Shown here piece after piece: positions 50,752 to 59,777 of a stretch of 64,000 nt of DNA. Both the position numbers and the translations under genes were made by a program. Source of the DNA: a virus; the IMG/VR virus record IMGVR_UViG_3300026334_000001, positions 1 to 64,000 of that record; one strand, 5' to 3'. Numbering within the stretch: position 1 is the first letter of the stretch; every line of letters begins with the position of its first letter. The notes under the pieces are model-generated. The model did no database searches and was not told the DNA's origin. It worked only from the letters and a program-made list of their open reading frames with translations.

Positions 50752-51063
50752 TTACTTTTGATTAGTTCCTTCTACATTTCTTTTCTTACGATCAGATGTT
50801 CTTTTTTCTAACCACATCAGAGATTCTTCTAATTTAGTTATCACAATAGCGTTTTCTCTACATGGAAATTTACCTTGAAGATACTGCATTCTATTAATTA
50901 GCATTTCTAATATTTCTTCATTTGTAGTACCATCGTTAACTGTTACTAATTCTGTAGAACCTTCTTCTACAGGTACTTTATGAATGAAACTAATCACTTG
51001 AGAACTTTCTTTATTCTCAAAATTACTTACTGAATATTGGTGACCTGTTACTAACTCTTTCAT
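50752..51063 (-). CDS. Tad1-like anti-defence sponge protein
   Basis: GTTNEEILEMLINRMQYLQGKFPCRENAIVITKLEESLMWLEKRTSDRKKRNVEGT matches the Tad1 C-terminal helical-hairpin signature as I recall it. Confidence 0.75.
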   Translation of the reverse strand: MKELVTGHQYSVSNFENKESSQVISFIHKVPVEEGSTELVTVNDGTTNEEILEMLINRMQYLQGKFPCRENAIVITKLEESLMWLEKRTSDRKKRNVEGTNQK

Positions 51064-51064
51064 A

Positions 51065-51241
51065 TTAATGTATCCAATTTTGAATTAATGTATAATTTGT
51101 ATCTGGGAAATCTTTAGTAGTAGATAATATAGGTACTATTTTAATGCCTTTATTATCTTTAAGTTTAACATGAGTTGGACCTACTAATTCAACTATCTCG
51201 TATTGAGTTCCTCTATAATAAACTAATTCTCCAATTTCCAT
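51065..51241 (-). CDS. Small beta-rich protein (58 aa), not in the ORF track
   Basis: MEIGELVYYRGTQYEIVELVGPTHVKLKD...; fills the thyX-tad1 gap. Confidence 0.6.
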   Translation of the reverse strand: MEIGELVYYRGTQYEIVELVGPTHVKLKDNKGIKIVPILSTTKDFPDTNYTLIQNWIH

Positions 51242-52179
51242 TCTTTTTTAATTACTCGTGAATCCTTTTTGTTTTCTCCATCTAACATTTTGCGATAGGG
51301 AATAAACCCTTTTATATTACCGCACCATCCACGATCTTCTACAATTAATCCATTTTTGGGTTTAGTATGAGAATATGCTATTAATTCATCTGATCTCATG
51401 CATCTACACGTATGTTCAAAAGGACTGAAATGACCAGACATTAATAATCTATCATGTAATTTAATATCATTAAGATAGTTATCTGATTTTCCCTCTTCTC
51501 CAACAATAGTATAACTAATTCTTGCACATCGAGAAACTGAAATCTTAATTCTAAGATTATTAATATGTTCTATAATATCAGTATTACTATAAGGAACTTC
51601 TCTTAATAATTTATCCATATCTATACCATCTCCGAATGGAATATGGTATTCTCCTTCTTTTAATGATTTAGGAGTTGAATTATTATACTCTTCCATCATA
51701 ACTCTAGCTAATTCTGCTATATGAATTTCAGCTGCTTCATGATTACGCAAAGCAAAGAAATTCTCAAATTCTGATGCAGTTATAATAGCTGTATGCCACA
51801 TGAATGGTTCTAATAAACGATTACATATCTGCTTTGTTACTCCCAATTCAGATAATTTAACAGCACAATCAACTGCTTCATCTCTAGCACCTAACCATTC
51901 AAGAACCAATAAATCTATCTCTTTTTGATCTTCTACATATTCAGTTCCTTGCATTCCTTTATGATCCTTCATCCATCGTATAGGAATGAAAGGATTATTT
52001 TCTACAGCTTCTATCATCCTTTCAAATGGTATAGCTCTGCTAGATGCTGAATTTCTACTTAATACCCTGTGAGTGTTCAGCTCCGCCAAGATTATACGCG
52101 GAAACGTCACTACAAAGGTTGTTAATCTGTGATTTGCTGGCGATAAACTATCTGCCACGATTTTAGCTTCTATTTTCAT
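51223..52179 (-). CDS. thyX: FAD-dependent thymidylate synthase
   Basis: PRIILAELNTHRVLSRNSASSRAIP, KQICNRLLEPF and GHFSPFEH motifs. Confidence 0.9.
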   Translation of the reverse strand: MKIEAKIVADSLSPANHRLTTFVVTFPRIILAELNTHRVLSRNSASSRAIPFERMIEAVENNPFIPIRWMKDHKGMQGTEYVEDQKEIDLLVLEWLGARDEAVDCAVKLSELGVTKQICNRLLEPFMWHTAIITASEFENFFALRNHEAAEIHIAELARVMMEEYNNSTPKSLKEGEYHIPFGDGIDMDKLLREVPYSNTDIIEHINNLRIKISVSRCARISYTIVGEEGKSDNYLNDIKLHDRLLMSGHFSPFEHTCRCMRSDELIAYSHTKPKNGLIVEDRGWCGNIKGFIPYRKMLDGENKKDSRVIKKEWKLEN

Positions 52180-52670
52180 TGTGCTTTAATTTGTGCTTCT
52201 GTTAACCAACCATACTCTCTTCCAGTATTATCTTTAATAGCATACATATTAACACCTTCTTTTGGATCTTTCTGCATATTAGATATTTTTCCTCTTATTC
52301 CAACAAGATTAATAGGTAATCCCATACCATCAGTACTATAAATAGGATTTGAATTAACTACTACTACATTATCACCTGTTGAAAATAATGAAATAGTAAC
52401 ATCTTGTATATTACCACCCCCATTTCTAAAACTAGAAATAATTGATCTTCTAAAATTTTCTAAAATATCTCTTGCTTGATCTTTACTAAATGGAACTGAT
52501 GGTTTTTGTGTTTTATTAAATACATTATTTAATCTAATAACATCATGTAAAGAAAACACTTCTGAATGTTGATTAGTTAAATTAGCATCAACTATAGTAG
52601 TGTTTATTTGACCTCCATTATCAACAAATAATAACCAATTATACTTTACTATTTCATTCTGATTTTCCAT
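52176..52670 (-). CDS. Hypothetical protein
   Basis: 164-aa ORF in the operon. Confidence 0.65.
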   Translation of the reverse strand: MENQNEIVKYNWLLFVDNGGQINTTIVDANLTNQHSEVFSLHDVIRLNNVFNKTQKPSVPFSKDQARDILENFRRSIISSFRNGGGNIQDVTISLFSTGDNVVVVNSNPIYSTDGMGLPINLVGIRGKISNMQKDPKEGVNMYAIKDNTGREYGWLTEAQIKAQ

Positions 52671-53355
52671 AATGTTTACTTGTTTTAATACAATCTCTTT
52701 CGTCTGTGTAAATTTTAAATACTAACTTTCTATCTTCTGAATTTTCAATTGGATAGAATAATGCAACTGGAGGTTGAGTTATGTATTTTCTATGATCATC
52801 TGGAATAATACGCTTACTTTTATATTTGATAGTTTTAGTTTCCTTATCTATATAAGGACTACCTTGAAGAACATCAGGAAAGCATTTAAGTATCATAAGA
52901 TATCTATTATCTATATCCCATTGTATATTCTTCCTTTTCTTTTCATCATAAAATTCATCATAGAATGTATCATATGCTTCACAAAGAATTCTAATTGGAA
53001 AATTTGTAATTGGATCTAATTTCTCTACCTCTGGAATTAACTGTGCTTTTATTGCACCTATGATCTTACTACGATCATAATCAGTTAATGTTAATTGATG
53101 TAATTCTTGACCATTAATTACTTTCCATCTAGGAGTACCAGCTGATTTAGGATTTTTAACTACTTTTTCTTGTGTATCTATTTCAGTTAAAACATCATTC
53201 TTCCACTCATAATCAACTCCTATCTTTTCACTATACTTTAAAGGAAGTTTTTCTCCTTTTTTATAATGATTAGCTCTTCTTTTCTCTGCTACTTTAACTG
53301 CTCTTATGTATTGATGAATAGTTACTGTAGCTATTAAATTTTTATCTACCGACAT
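52654..53355 (-). CDS. RusA-like Holliday junction resolvase
   Basis: WDIDN...K...D.L...IIPDD acidic pattern of RusA. Confidence 0.65.
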   Translation of the reverse strand: MSVDKNLIATVTIHQYIRAVKVAEKRRANHYKKGEKLPLKYSEKIGVDYEWKNDVLTEIDTQEKVVKNPKSAGTPRWKVINGQELHQLTLTDYDRSKIIGAIKAQLIPEVEKLDPITNFPIRILCEAYDTFYDEFYDEKKRKNIQWDIDNRYLMILKCFPDVLQGSPYIDKETKTIKYKSKRIIPDDHRKYITQPPVALFYPIENSEDRKLVFKIYTDERDCIKTSKHYGKSE

Positions 53356-53542
53356 ACTTCTTGACTAAATCAAAATTATCTAAAAAAGCTTCAATATTAG
53401 CATATTCTTTAATATGCTCTTTTCTTGAAGCTTCTCTTATTTTAATCTTACCTTCTACAGTTTTCATTTGTAGATCATAAAATACTTTATTATAGTAACC
53501 AGATACATTTTCTGATATACATCTTGCTCTTACTAGAATCAT
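53342..53542 (-). CDS. Hypothetical protein
   Basis: 66-aa ORF coupled to the primase gene. Confidence 0.6.
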   Translation of the reverse strand: MILVRARCISENVSGYYNKVFYDLQMKTVEGKIKIREASRKEHIKEYANIEAFLDNFDLVKKYVGR

Positions 53543-54528
53543 ACTAACTCGTATTTTGCTTCTTCTATTAAATCTAACATATATTGCAGACCATAGTGCT
53601 TGCAGTGATCTGTAAAATCCTTTGGTTCTGACTGCCTTCTAAATAAACCATTTGATTCAAATAGCAAAGGTTTAGTACCATACGTTTTTCTCATTATTTG
53701 AGCCATTCTCATTCCAGCTCTATCTCTATCAAATAGCGAAAAAACATTAAAAAATCTATTCTCTAAGCCACAATACTCCTTCTCTCCTATAAGGATTGAC
53801 TCTGCTGCTGGAGCAAGTGATGGTATTTCAAATCCATCAAGAGCCATCACATCTTTATATGACTTAGTTATTAGAAGACTCTCTCCTTCTTCTGGTAATT
53901 GATCCCATCCTTCTAAAATATCTCCAGTTGCTTGAATGAATTTAAAGAACTTCCTTTTTGGAAAATATAATTTATATCTGTACTCTCCAAAATGGTATGC
54001 ATAACCAGGATCTTTTTCTACATAATTATAGCTAAGATTACCATTTATCCATGCCATATCTAAAGGATACACATTAAATTTAGCTAAAGCAGCTTCACTT
54101 ACAAAATTATCTCTCCAAAACTTAATATCTGCTTTTGACCATCCTCTACGTTTAATACGTATTTCTGTATTCTTCCTAACTCTTTTATGAACTTCTTCTA
54201 GGAAAGAAAGTGGTTTGTAGTCAATATTTGTTCTTGATAACTGAAAGTCATTAGCTATGATTTCTAATGCTTTAAAGAAGTTAACTCCAAATAATCTCTG
54301 CACTACATTGAAGCAATCTATATTATCTCCTCTTGCAAAATCTTTAAATTTAAGAAGACCTCTTGAATCAAAATAGAATCTGCAATCTGCATGATTATCT
54401 GACCTCAAAGGATTACGAAAATAATCATGAGTATTAGGAAATAACCCCAAATACTTAAAGAATATATCTTCTTGGGAAATCCTATTTAATATAAACTCTC
54501 TTGTAATATCTTCTTTATATTCAAACAT
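53539..54528 (-). CDS. DNA primase (crAss-type, TOPRIM)
   Basis: NPLRSDNHADC, FKDF, LLITKSYKDVM, FDRDRAG and KDFTD motifs. Confidence 0.9.
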   Translation of the reverse strand: MFEYKEDITREFILNRISQEDIFFKYLGLFPNTHDYFRNPLRSDNHADCRFYFDSRGLLKFKDFARGDNIDCFNVVQRLFGVNFFKALEIIANDFQLSRTNIDYKPLSFLEEVHKRVRKNTEIRIKRRGWSKADIKFWRDNFVSEAALAKFNVYPLDMAWINGNLSYNYVEKDPGYAYHFGEYRYKLYFPKRKFFKFIQATGDILEGWDQLPEEGESLLITKSYKDVMALDGFEIPSLAPAAESILIGEKEYCGLENRFFNVFSLFDRDRAGMRMAQIMRKTYGTKPLLFESNGLFRRQSEPKDFTDHCKHYGLQYMLDLIEEAKYELV

Positions 54529-54540
54529 TTATTAGAAATT

Positions 54541-54567
54541 AAAAAGGGGAGCTATTAACTCCCCTTT
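54541..54567 (-). terminator. Intrinsic terminator
   Basis: AAAGGGGAG-TTAATAG-CTCCCCTTTTT on the minus strand. Confidence 0.8.
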
Positions 54568-54573
54568 ATTAGA

Positions 54574-55170
54574 CTAGAAATCTGAATCAACTTTTTGACC
54601 ACCATTTAAAGAAGATACTTCTGTATCTGGAGCAGCATTAAGTGAATTGAAATATGCTGAATTAGCTTTGATATGATTTTTATCAAACTCTAGCATATCA
54701 CCTGCTTTTACAATGAATGGCAAGTATTTAGAGAAATCGCTAGTTGCTTTACCATTGTAAACATTACCTACTACAATGAAATCAACTTTAACTCCTTTAT
54801 AAGAAGTACCAATAGTTTGAACAACCCAGTTTGCATAATCATCAAAATTATTATGATTTTGATATAAACGATCTTTAGCTACAAACTTAGACATAATATG
54901 ACCAACACGTTTAGCCATATTTAAAGCTTTTGCTTCTGCATTATCGTCTTCTGGAAGAACAGCATATTCAATATGTTGATGTGCTTTTCCTTCTGCTGTC
55001 TTGAATGTAAATACAAGACGTGCTTTTAACTGCTCTGATTCTCCTTCTGCATTTTCCTTAACTGGTCTACTAATTTCCACCCCTGTCATTTCTGCATTTG
55101 TGTATTTAGCTGGTTGCAATTTAGGGGTTGAAATTCCTTCAAAGTTAGTTTTTTCGTTAGTACCGAACAT
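54574..55170 (-). CDS. Putative single-stranded DNA-binding protein
   Basis: OB-like beta pattern, acidic/aromatic C-terminus (VDSDF), located between the ATPase and primase, with its own terminator. Confidence 0.55.
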   Translation of the reverse strand: MFGTNEKTNFEGISTPKLQPAKYTNAEMTGVEISRPVKENAEGESEQLKARLVFTFKTAEGKAHQHIEYAVLPEDDNAEAKALNMAKRVGHIMSKFVAKDRLYQNHNNFDDYANWVVQTIGTSYKGVKVDFIVVGNVYNGKATSDFSKYLPFIVKAGDMLEFDKNHIKANSAYFNSLNAAPDTEVSSLNGGQKVDSDF

Positions 55171-55224
55171 AATTATAAGATTTAAATTTTTAAGATATTA
55201 TTTTAAAATGGAATTTTTCTAAGG

Positions 55225-55257
55225 AAAGAAAGGGGAACCAATTTAATGATTCCCCTT
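55225..55257 (-). terminator. Intrinsic terminator
   Basis: AAGGGGAATCA...TGGTTCCCCTTTCTTT on the minus strand. Confidence 0.7.
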
Positions 55258-55280
55258 GTTTAATAAATATGATTTAACTA

Positions 55281-55850
55281 TTAGAAGTTATCATCATCTG
55301 CTTCTTGAACATCAGCAGTTTCTTCTACTGCTACATCTTCATCTTCTGCTGTATCTTCATCAGTTTCTTCATTATCAGCAGTTGTTTCAACTGAACTAAT
55401 AGCGTAGATACCATGACACAAAATACCATTTACCTCGGTATCTTGACCTACTAAAGACAACTCTAAAAGTTGAGCTTTGTAGCTATCTTCTTGAATAGTA
55501 CCTTGACCGATCAAAGCATTCTCCAAAATTGAAGACTTAAATTTACGACCTTTTTCTGCATCAGCAGCTAATTTCGCAGTACGTTTTAGTACAGTAGCAT
55601 TATCATTATCTACGGTAGCTAAATATGGAACTCCATCTGGAGAAGTGATTTGCATCAAACCTACATTTGACAAATTCAATTCTTCAAATTTAGCATCTGC
55701 AATGGTAAATACTGTTTCAACTTTCTCTACTCCACCTTTCTTAGAGATGAACTTCTTAAATTTGAAACTGAATTTTTGACCTTTAGGACGACTAGCTGAA
55801 GTTTTAGTGTTTGCTGTTTTAACTGCTTTAAAATTTGCGAAATTTAACAT
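55281..55850 (-). CDS. Hypothetical protein with a very acidic C-terminal tail, probably highly expressed
   Basis: Basic N-terminus and D/E tail; has its own promoter and terminator. Confidence 0.7.
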   Translation of the reverse strand: MLNFANFKAVKTANTKTSASRPKGQKFSFKFKKFISKKGGVEKVETVFTIADAKFEELNLSNVGLMQITSPDGVPYLATVDNDNATVLKRTAKLAADAEKGRKFKSSILENALIGQGTIQEDSYKAQLLELSLVGQDTEVNGILCHGIYAISSVETTADNEETDEDTAEDEDVAVEETADVQEADDDNF

Positions 55851-55908
55851 GACATTTTTGTTTTAAGGGTTTATAAAATATTTGTTTCTGTTTGTTATTT
55901 ACAATAAT

Positions 55909-55940
55909 CAAAGATACAAAACTTAGCTTGTATCTGCAAA
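55909..55940 (-). promoter_or_regulatory. Consensus Bacteroidota promoter (TTTG-N20-TATCTTTG) with an overlapping inverted repeat
   Basis: Exact -33 and -7 elements; AGATACAA (55912-55919) / TTGTATCT (55928-55935) palindrome. Confidence 0.8.
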
Positions 55941-55968
55941 AAAATTTAAAAATAATTACAACTACTAT

Positions 55969-56688
55969 CTAATTGCCGTAATCTTCTAAAATCCTATCTA
56001 CTATCGTTTGATAGTTATTTGAAATTTCATACTGTTCCCAATAACCTTGAGGACTTCTAGCTGTATTATATCCAGAATTTGCAGTAGTTAATTTATACCT
56101 ATTTACATCTGTATGTGGTAAATTAGCATCAACTTTTGTATAATAGGTATGAGAAAGATTCAATCCTTCAACTCCTAATTTGGTAGCCATTTTACCTAAG
56201 ATTCTTAATCTTTGTCGGATTTCTCCAGCTTCAGCTTTATAATCTTCAATATGACCATTAATAAAAATAATTAAAGTACCTTTTCTTTTACCATGAATAC
56301 CAAAAATTTGCTTCTTTACTGTTTCATAGTCTTCTACTTCCTTATAATTCTTTTTACTATTATCAATTGGATATTTATTTCTAGCTCCAAAGAAAGTTAA
56401 TGGTTTTCCATCAGCATTTAACCAAGCCGTTTCTTCTGGATTTAAGAAAGAACCTCCTACTGTCTTCCCCGTTCCTTCATGTCCCAAGACTTGAACCAAA
56501 ACCACATCATCAAGTCTTTTCATCCAATCATAAAGATCTAGTATTTCAGTACCGTAATCTCTCCACATATCGTAGTTAGCTTTACCTACATCCTTTAGAT
56601 GTCTTAAATACAGCTTATTTTGTACACCATTTATGGTATCCAATATTATACTTCTGTATTTCTTGTCATTCATTACTATTTCACTCAT
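55969..56688 (-). CDS. AAA_24 / Sak4-like P-loop ATPase with permuted segment order
   Basis: GHEGTGKT, LNPEET, GKPL.F, GKM and TARSPQG motifs; the IILDT Walker B block lies N-terminal of Walker A. Confidence 0.75.
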   Translation of the reverse strand: MSEIVMNDKKYRSIILDTINGVQNKLYLRHLKDVGKANYDMWRDYGTEILDLYDWMKRLDDVVLVQVLGHEGTGKTVGGSFLNPEETAWLNADGKPLTFFGARNKYPIDNSKKNYKEVEDYETVKKQIFGIHGKRKGTLIIFINGHIEDYKAEAGEIRQRLRILGKMATKLGVEGLNLSHTYYTKVDANLPHTDVNRYKLTTANSGYNTARSPQGYWEQYEISNNYQTIVDRILEDYGN

Positions 56689-56689
56689 T

Positions 56690-57649
56690 TTAATAATCTT
56701 CTATTTGATTAAATCCTAAATTATGACGCATCATTAGATTTCCTGTCCATCCATCTCTTTGTTTGAGAATACATTCAATCATTAAATGATCATATTGATC
56801 TGGATTGTTTGGATTAATACCAGTTGGAATATCTTCCCATGATGTAAGACCATAAAATCCAGGTCTATGTAGAGCCATCACTATATCAGCACATTGAAAA
56901 ACACTATCCGATCCGAATATATCACTAGAAACTGGAGTATTCTTTCCAATATCATCTCTACCTCTAGCTCCAGATTCAATATTTCTATTCATCTGACTCA
57001 AAAAGATATTGATATGTTCATAATCATTCTTAATTTTCATTCCTGCCATCATAAACTTAGATATTAATTGTTCTTCTGATCCTTCATTATCTCTTGATAC
57101 TAATCTTGTATGATCTACAATATTAACAATGGTATGTTTAGGATACTTATTTGTAATCTCTATCTTTTGTTTCTTCCAAGCATTTACTGATTGTGATATT
57201 TGACTCATATAAATTGGATATCCTTTAAAAGAATCACCAATTAACTTTAATCTTGTAAACTGTTCTTCTGTTATTGTATTTTGAAAATCCAATAATTGTT
57301 TTACAGTCATTTGAGCTTCTCTACTATACATCCTTAATACTGATCTAAAATCAGCCATCTCCCATGTATCATACAGAATTATTAGTTTGCCATTATAATG
57401 AGGATTAATTCTTGGATCTACAAAGTCGCGCATCATATGTATAACCTTTGCAGTTTTACCCATACCAGTTCTAGCTGCTAAAACCATCTGATCTGTTGGA
57501 TACAATCCTCCAATCTTTTCCTTTTCTTTCCTAGAAGAAGTAACTAGAGGCTTTAACTTACCACTTCTAATTAATTCAATCCTTTCATTAGTTTTATCAA
57601 CTACTTTTGAAATGTGATTGTAATTAGTAGATTCTAGGTTTAACTGCAA
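56690..57649 (-). CDS. DnaB-like replicative helicase
   Basis: LAARTGMGKT, VDHTRL, LSQMNR, SDIFGSD...ADIV...HRP and KQRDG motifs. Confidence 0.9.
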   Translation of the reverse strand: MQLNLESTNYNHISKVVDKTNERIELIRSGKLKPLVTSSRKEKEKIGGLYPTDQMVLAARTGMGKTAKVIHMMRDFVDPRINPHYNGKLIILYDTWEMADFRSVLRMYSREAQMTVKQLLDFQNTITEEQFTRLKLIGDSFKGYPIYMSQISQSVNAWKKQKIEITNKYPKHTIVNIVDHTRLVSRDNEGSEEQLISKFMMAGMKIKNDYEHINIFLSQMNRNIESGARGRDDIGKNTPVSSDIFGSDSVFQCADIVMALHRPGFYGLTSWEDIPTGINPNNPDQYDHLMIECILKQRDGWTGNLMMRHNLGFNQIEDY

Positions 57650-58187
57650 CTTTATCTCCTTCCTTTTGTAAGACTAACCAATACTGACTTGTAACAAATT
57701 TATCAATCTTCATTGTTGCATATCCATTATTATTCTTTTTATAATCCTTCACTATATTAATAATATCTAAATGAAGGAATTTATTCTTCTTAATAATCTG
57801 GATATATCTTTTTTTTAATTCAGCTTCATCAGAAAAAGTCAATCCTTTAGCTGGAACTTTAATTCCATTAACTACTAATTGATCTGGATATTCTTTAAAG
57901 AACTCCTCTACTGCTTCTTCTGGCTCTACTAACATAAATTCGGTAAACTCTAATGTTACACATAAATCTATGATGTTAAATACATCTGCTTTAGGATTCA
58001 TATTTAATATAAATCCTTTATCTATTAGATTGTGTAAATCTTGCTTCTCGAATAAACCTACTTCGTTAATATACTGTTGTAATAAAGAGTATTCTTTATT
58101 GTACAGCAAATAACAAATGTAAAATTGATTAGGTGTAATTTTAGTTCTACACAAAAACTCCGTGTACTTGTTGATGTCGTAAATCAT
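57624..58187 (-). CDS. Putative replication initiator / helicase-loader-like protein
   Basis: Winged-helix-like N-terminus and EEFFKEYP motif; directly upstream of the helicase. Confidence 0.45.
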   Translation of the reverse strand: MIYDINKYTEFLCRTKITPNQFYICYLLYNKEYSLLQQYINEVGLFEKQDLHNLIDKGFILNMNPKADVFNIIDLCVTLEFTEFMLVEPEEAVEEFFKEYPDQLVVNGIKVPAKGLTFSDEAELKKRYIQIIKKNKFLHLDIINIVKDYKKNNNGYATMKIDKFVTSQYWLVLQKEGDKVAVKPRIY

Positions 58188-58392
58188 TTACTTCAAAATC
58201 CTCTGGTATCTCTATTACTTCATTAAAATTAACTACTTCCCAAATTTCTCCTATTGCTATATTAAGATCACTATTTGATGCGACTGCTCCAAAGTGATTT
58301 AGTAAAGCTTCATTGATCTTTTCATTGGGACTATAAGGATTTAAATCTTCCTTAGTGAATACAACTGATAATCTAAATATTAGTTCTTGCAT
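58147..58392 (-). CDS. Hypothetical protein
   Basis: 81-aa ORF overlapping its neighbours. Confidence 0.55.
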   Translation of the reverse strand: MQELIFRLSVVFTKEDLNPYSPNEKINEALLNHFGAVASNSDLNIAIGEIWEVVNFNEVIEIPEDFEVNDLRHQQVHGVFV

Positions 58393-59777
58393 AATTCAAA
58401 GTTTAAATCTTCTTGTACAACAATTTCATCTATCGAATCTACCCACTTAATTCCTCTTTTTCCTTTTTGTTTCTCCTTTAACCATTTCTCCTCTTGAGAT
58501 TCTTTGATATAAAGATTAACAATAATACTAACCTTATCTGCATTTGAATAATCTACTCTTATTGCTCGCCCTGTTCTCTGATTATCTTGACGCTTTCCTG
58601 AATTGTAACTAGCCATAATAGCAAGTCCTATACTATGAAAATCAAAACCTTCATCTAAAGATTTCACTGTTGAAAGAACATCTACTCCAGAATCAGCTTG
58701 TTTAAATAACTCTAAAGATTCTTCTTTAAGTCTATTACCACTTATTTTTTTATCTTTATAAACTACTTTAACTTCGCCTTTTTTAGAAACTGTTTCTATT
58801 CTCTCTGTTCTTACAATACTTTTGATTTTTGTATGATAAGCTCTTGCTTTATTACCTAAAACTTCTGCTAATTTATCTGCAAATTCAGTATCTTCTGCAA
58901 AAGTCATAGTTTTGAGATTAAACTTATTAACTAATTCTTTAACAGCTTGTATTTTAACAGTAGCTCTATAAATTAGTTTCTTTCTTTCTCTCATTGCCCA
59001 TGACCATTGTTGTGCAGCTTTTCCTACATTCTCTGGCGACCAATAATGCTCTCTTGTTCCATCCCAATCATTTCTGGTTGCTACAGATACTCTCCATTGA
59101 TCTCCTGTTTTATAAACTTCTCCAATCTTAGTAGTCATCCCTTTACCAGTTGAACAAGCCATAGCTAAACTGAATTCAAATCCAAACTTTGCAAAGTTCT
59201 TATTGAATATAGAATGAATCCTATCATACTCAATTCTATCTTCTTCTGATAGATCTAAACCCCAATTAAAAACTTTATAATCAGAAACATAACCTTGTCT
59301 TCTTGCTTCTTCTAAAGTTATTTCTTCTATTACAGGACATAGATTTTGTATGATCTCATGTTTGCCATCTATTCTTTCAAGAGTAGCAGTTAATCCTAAT
59401 ACAAATTTATAAGTAGTATTATCAAAAGTCTTACCAAACTCCTCCGAAACGTAATGATGAATTTCATCTAGCACTAATAAATCACATACATGTAAATATC
59501 TTATATACGTATTGACTACGTAAACATTAACATTATGTAAATTATGCTTTTGAATATGCCCATTATTACCAACCCAATCTTCTAATAACTTTACAGATGG
59601 GACTACTACATTAACTGTAGCATTTGGATACTTTCTATGCATTCTCTGTATTGCAAGAATAGCTACATATGTTTTCCCAAATCCGGTAGCCCCGATCAAG
59701 CATCCACAGGCTTTATTCTCTACCCACTTCTGAACTATTTGTAATTGCCTCTTGAGCTTCTTTTCATTTATTTCCAT
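58380..59777 (-). CDS. Superfamily 2 (DExH) helicase
   Basis: ATGFGKT, LDEIH, GLTAT, LDEGFD and QRTGRAIR motifs. Confidence 0.9.
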   Translation of the reverse strand: MEINEKKLKRQLQIVQKWVENKACGCLIGATGFGKTYVAILAIQRMHRKYPNATVNVVVPSVKLLEDWVGNNGHIQKHNLHNVNVYVVNTYIRYLHVCDLLVLDEIHHYVSEEFGKTFDNTTYKFVLGLTATLERIDGKHEIIQNLCPVIEEITLEEARRQGYVSDYKVFNWGLDLSEEDRIEYDRIHSIFNKNFAKFGFEFSLAMACSTGKGMTTKIGEVYKTGDQWRVSVATRNDWDGTREHYWSPENVGKAAQQWSWAMRERKKLIYRATVKIQAVKELVNKFNLKTMTFAEDTEFADKLAEVLGNKARAYHTKIKSIVRTERIETVSKKGEVKVVYKDKKISGNRLKEESLELFKQADSGVDVLSTVKSLDEGFDFHSIGLAIMASYNSGKRQDNQRTGRAIRVDYSNADKVSIIVNLYIKESQEEKWLKEKQKGKRGIKWVDSIDEIVVQEDLNFELCKN

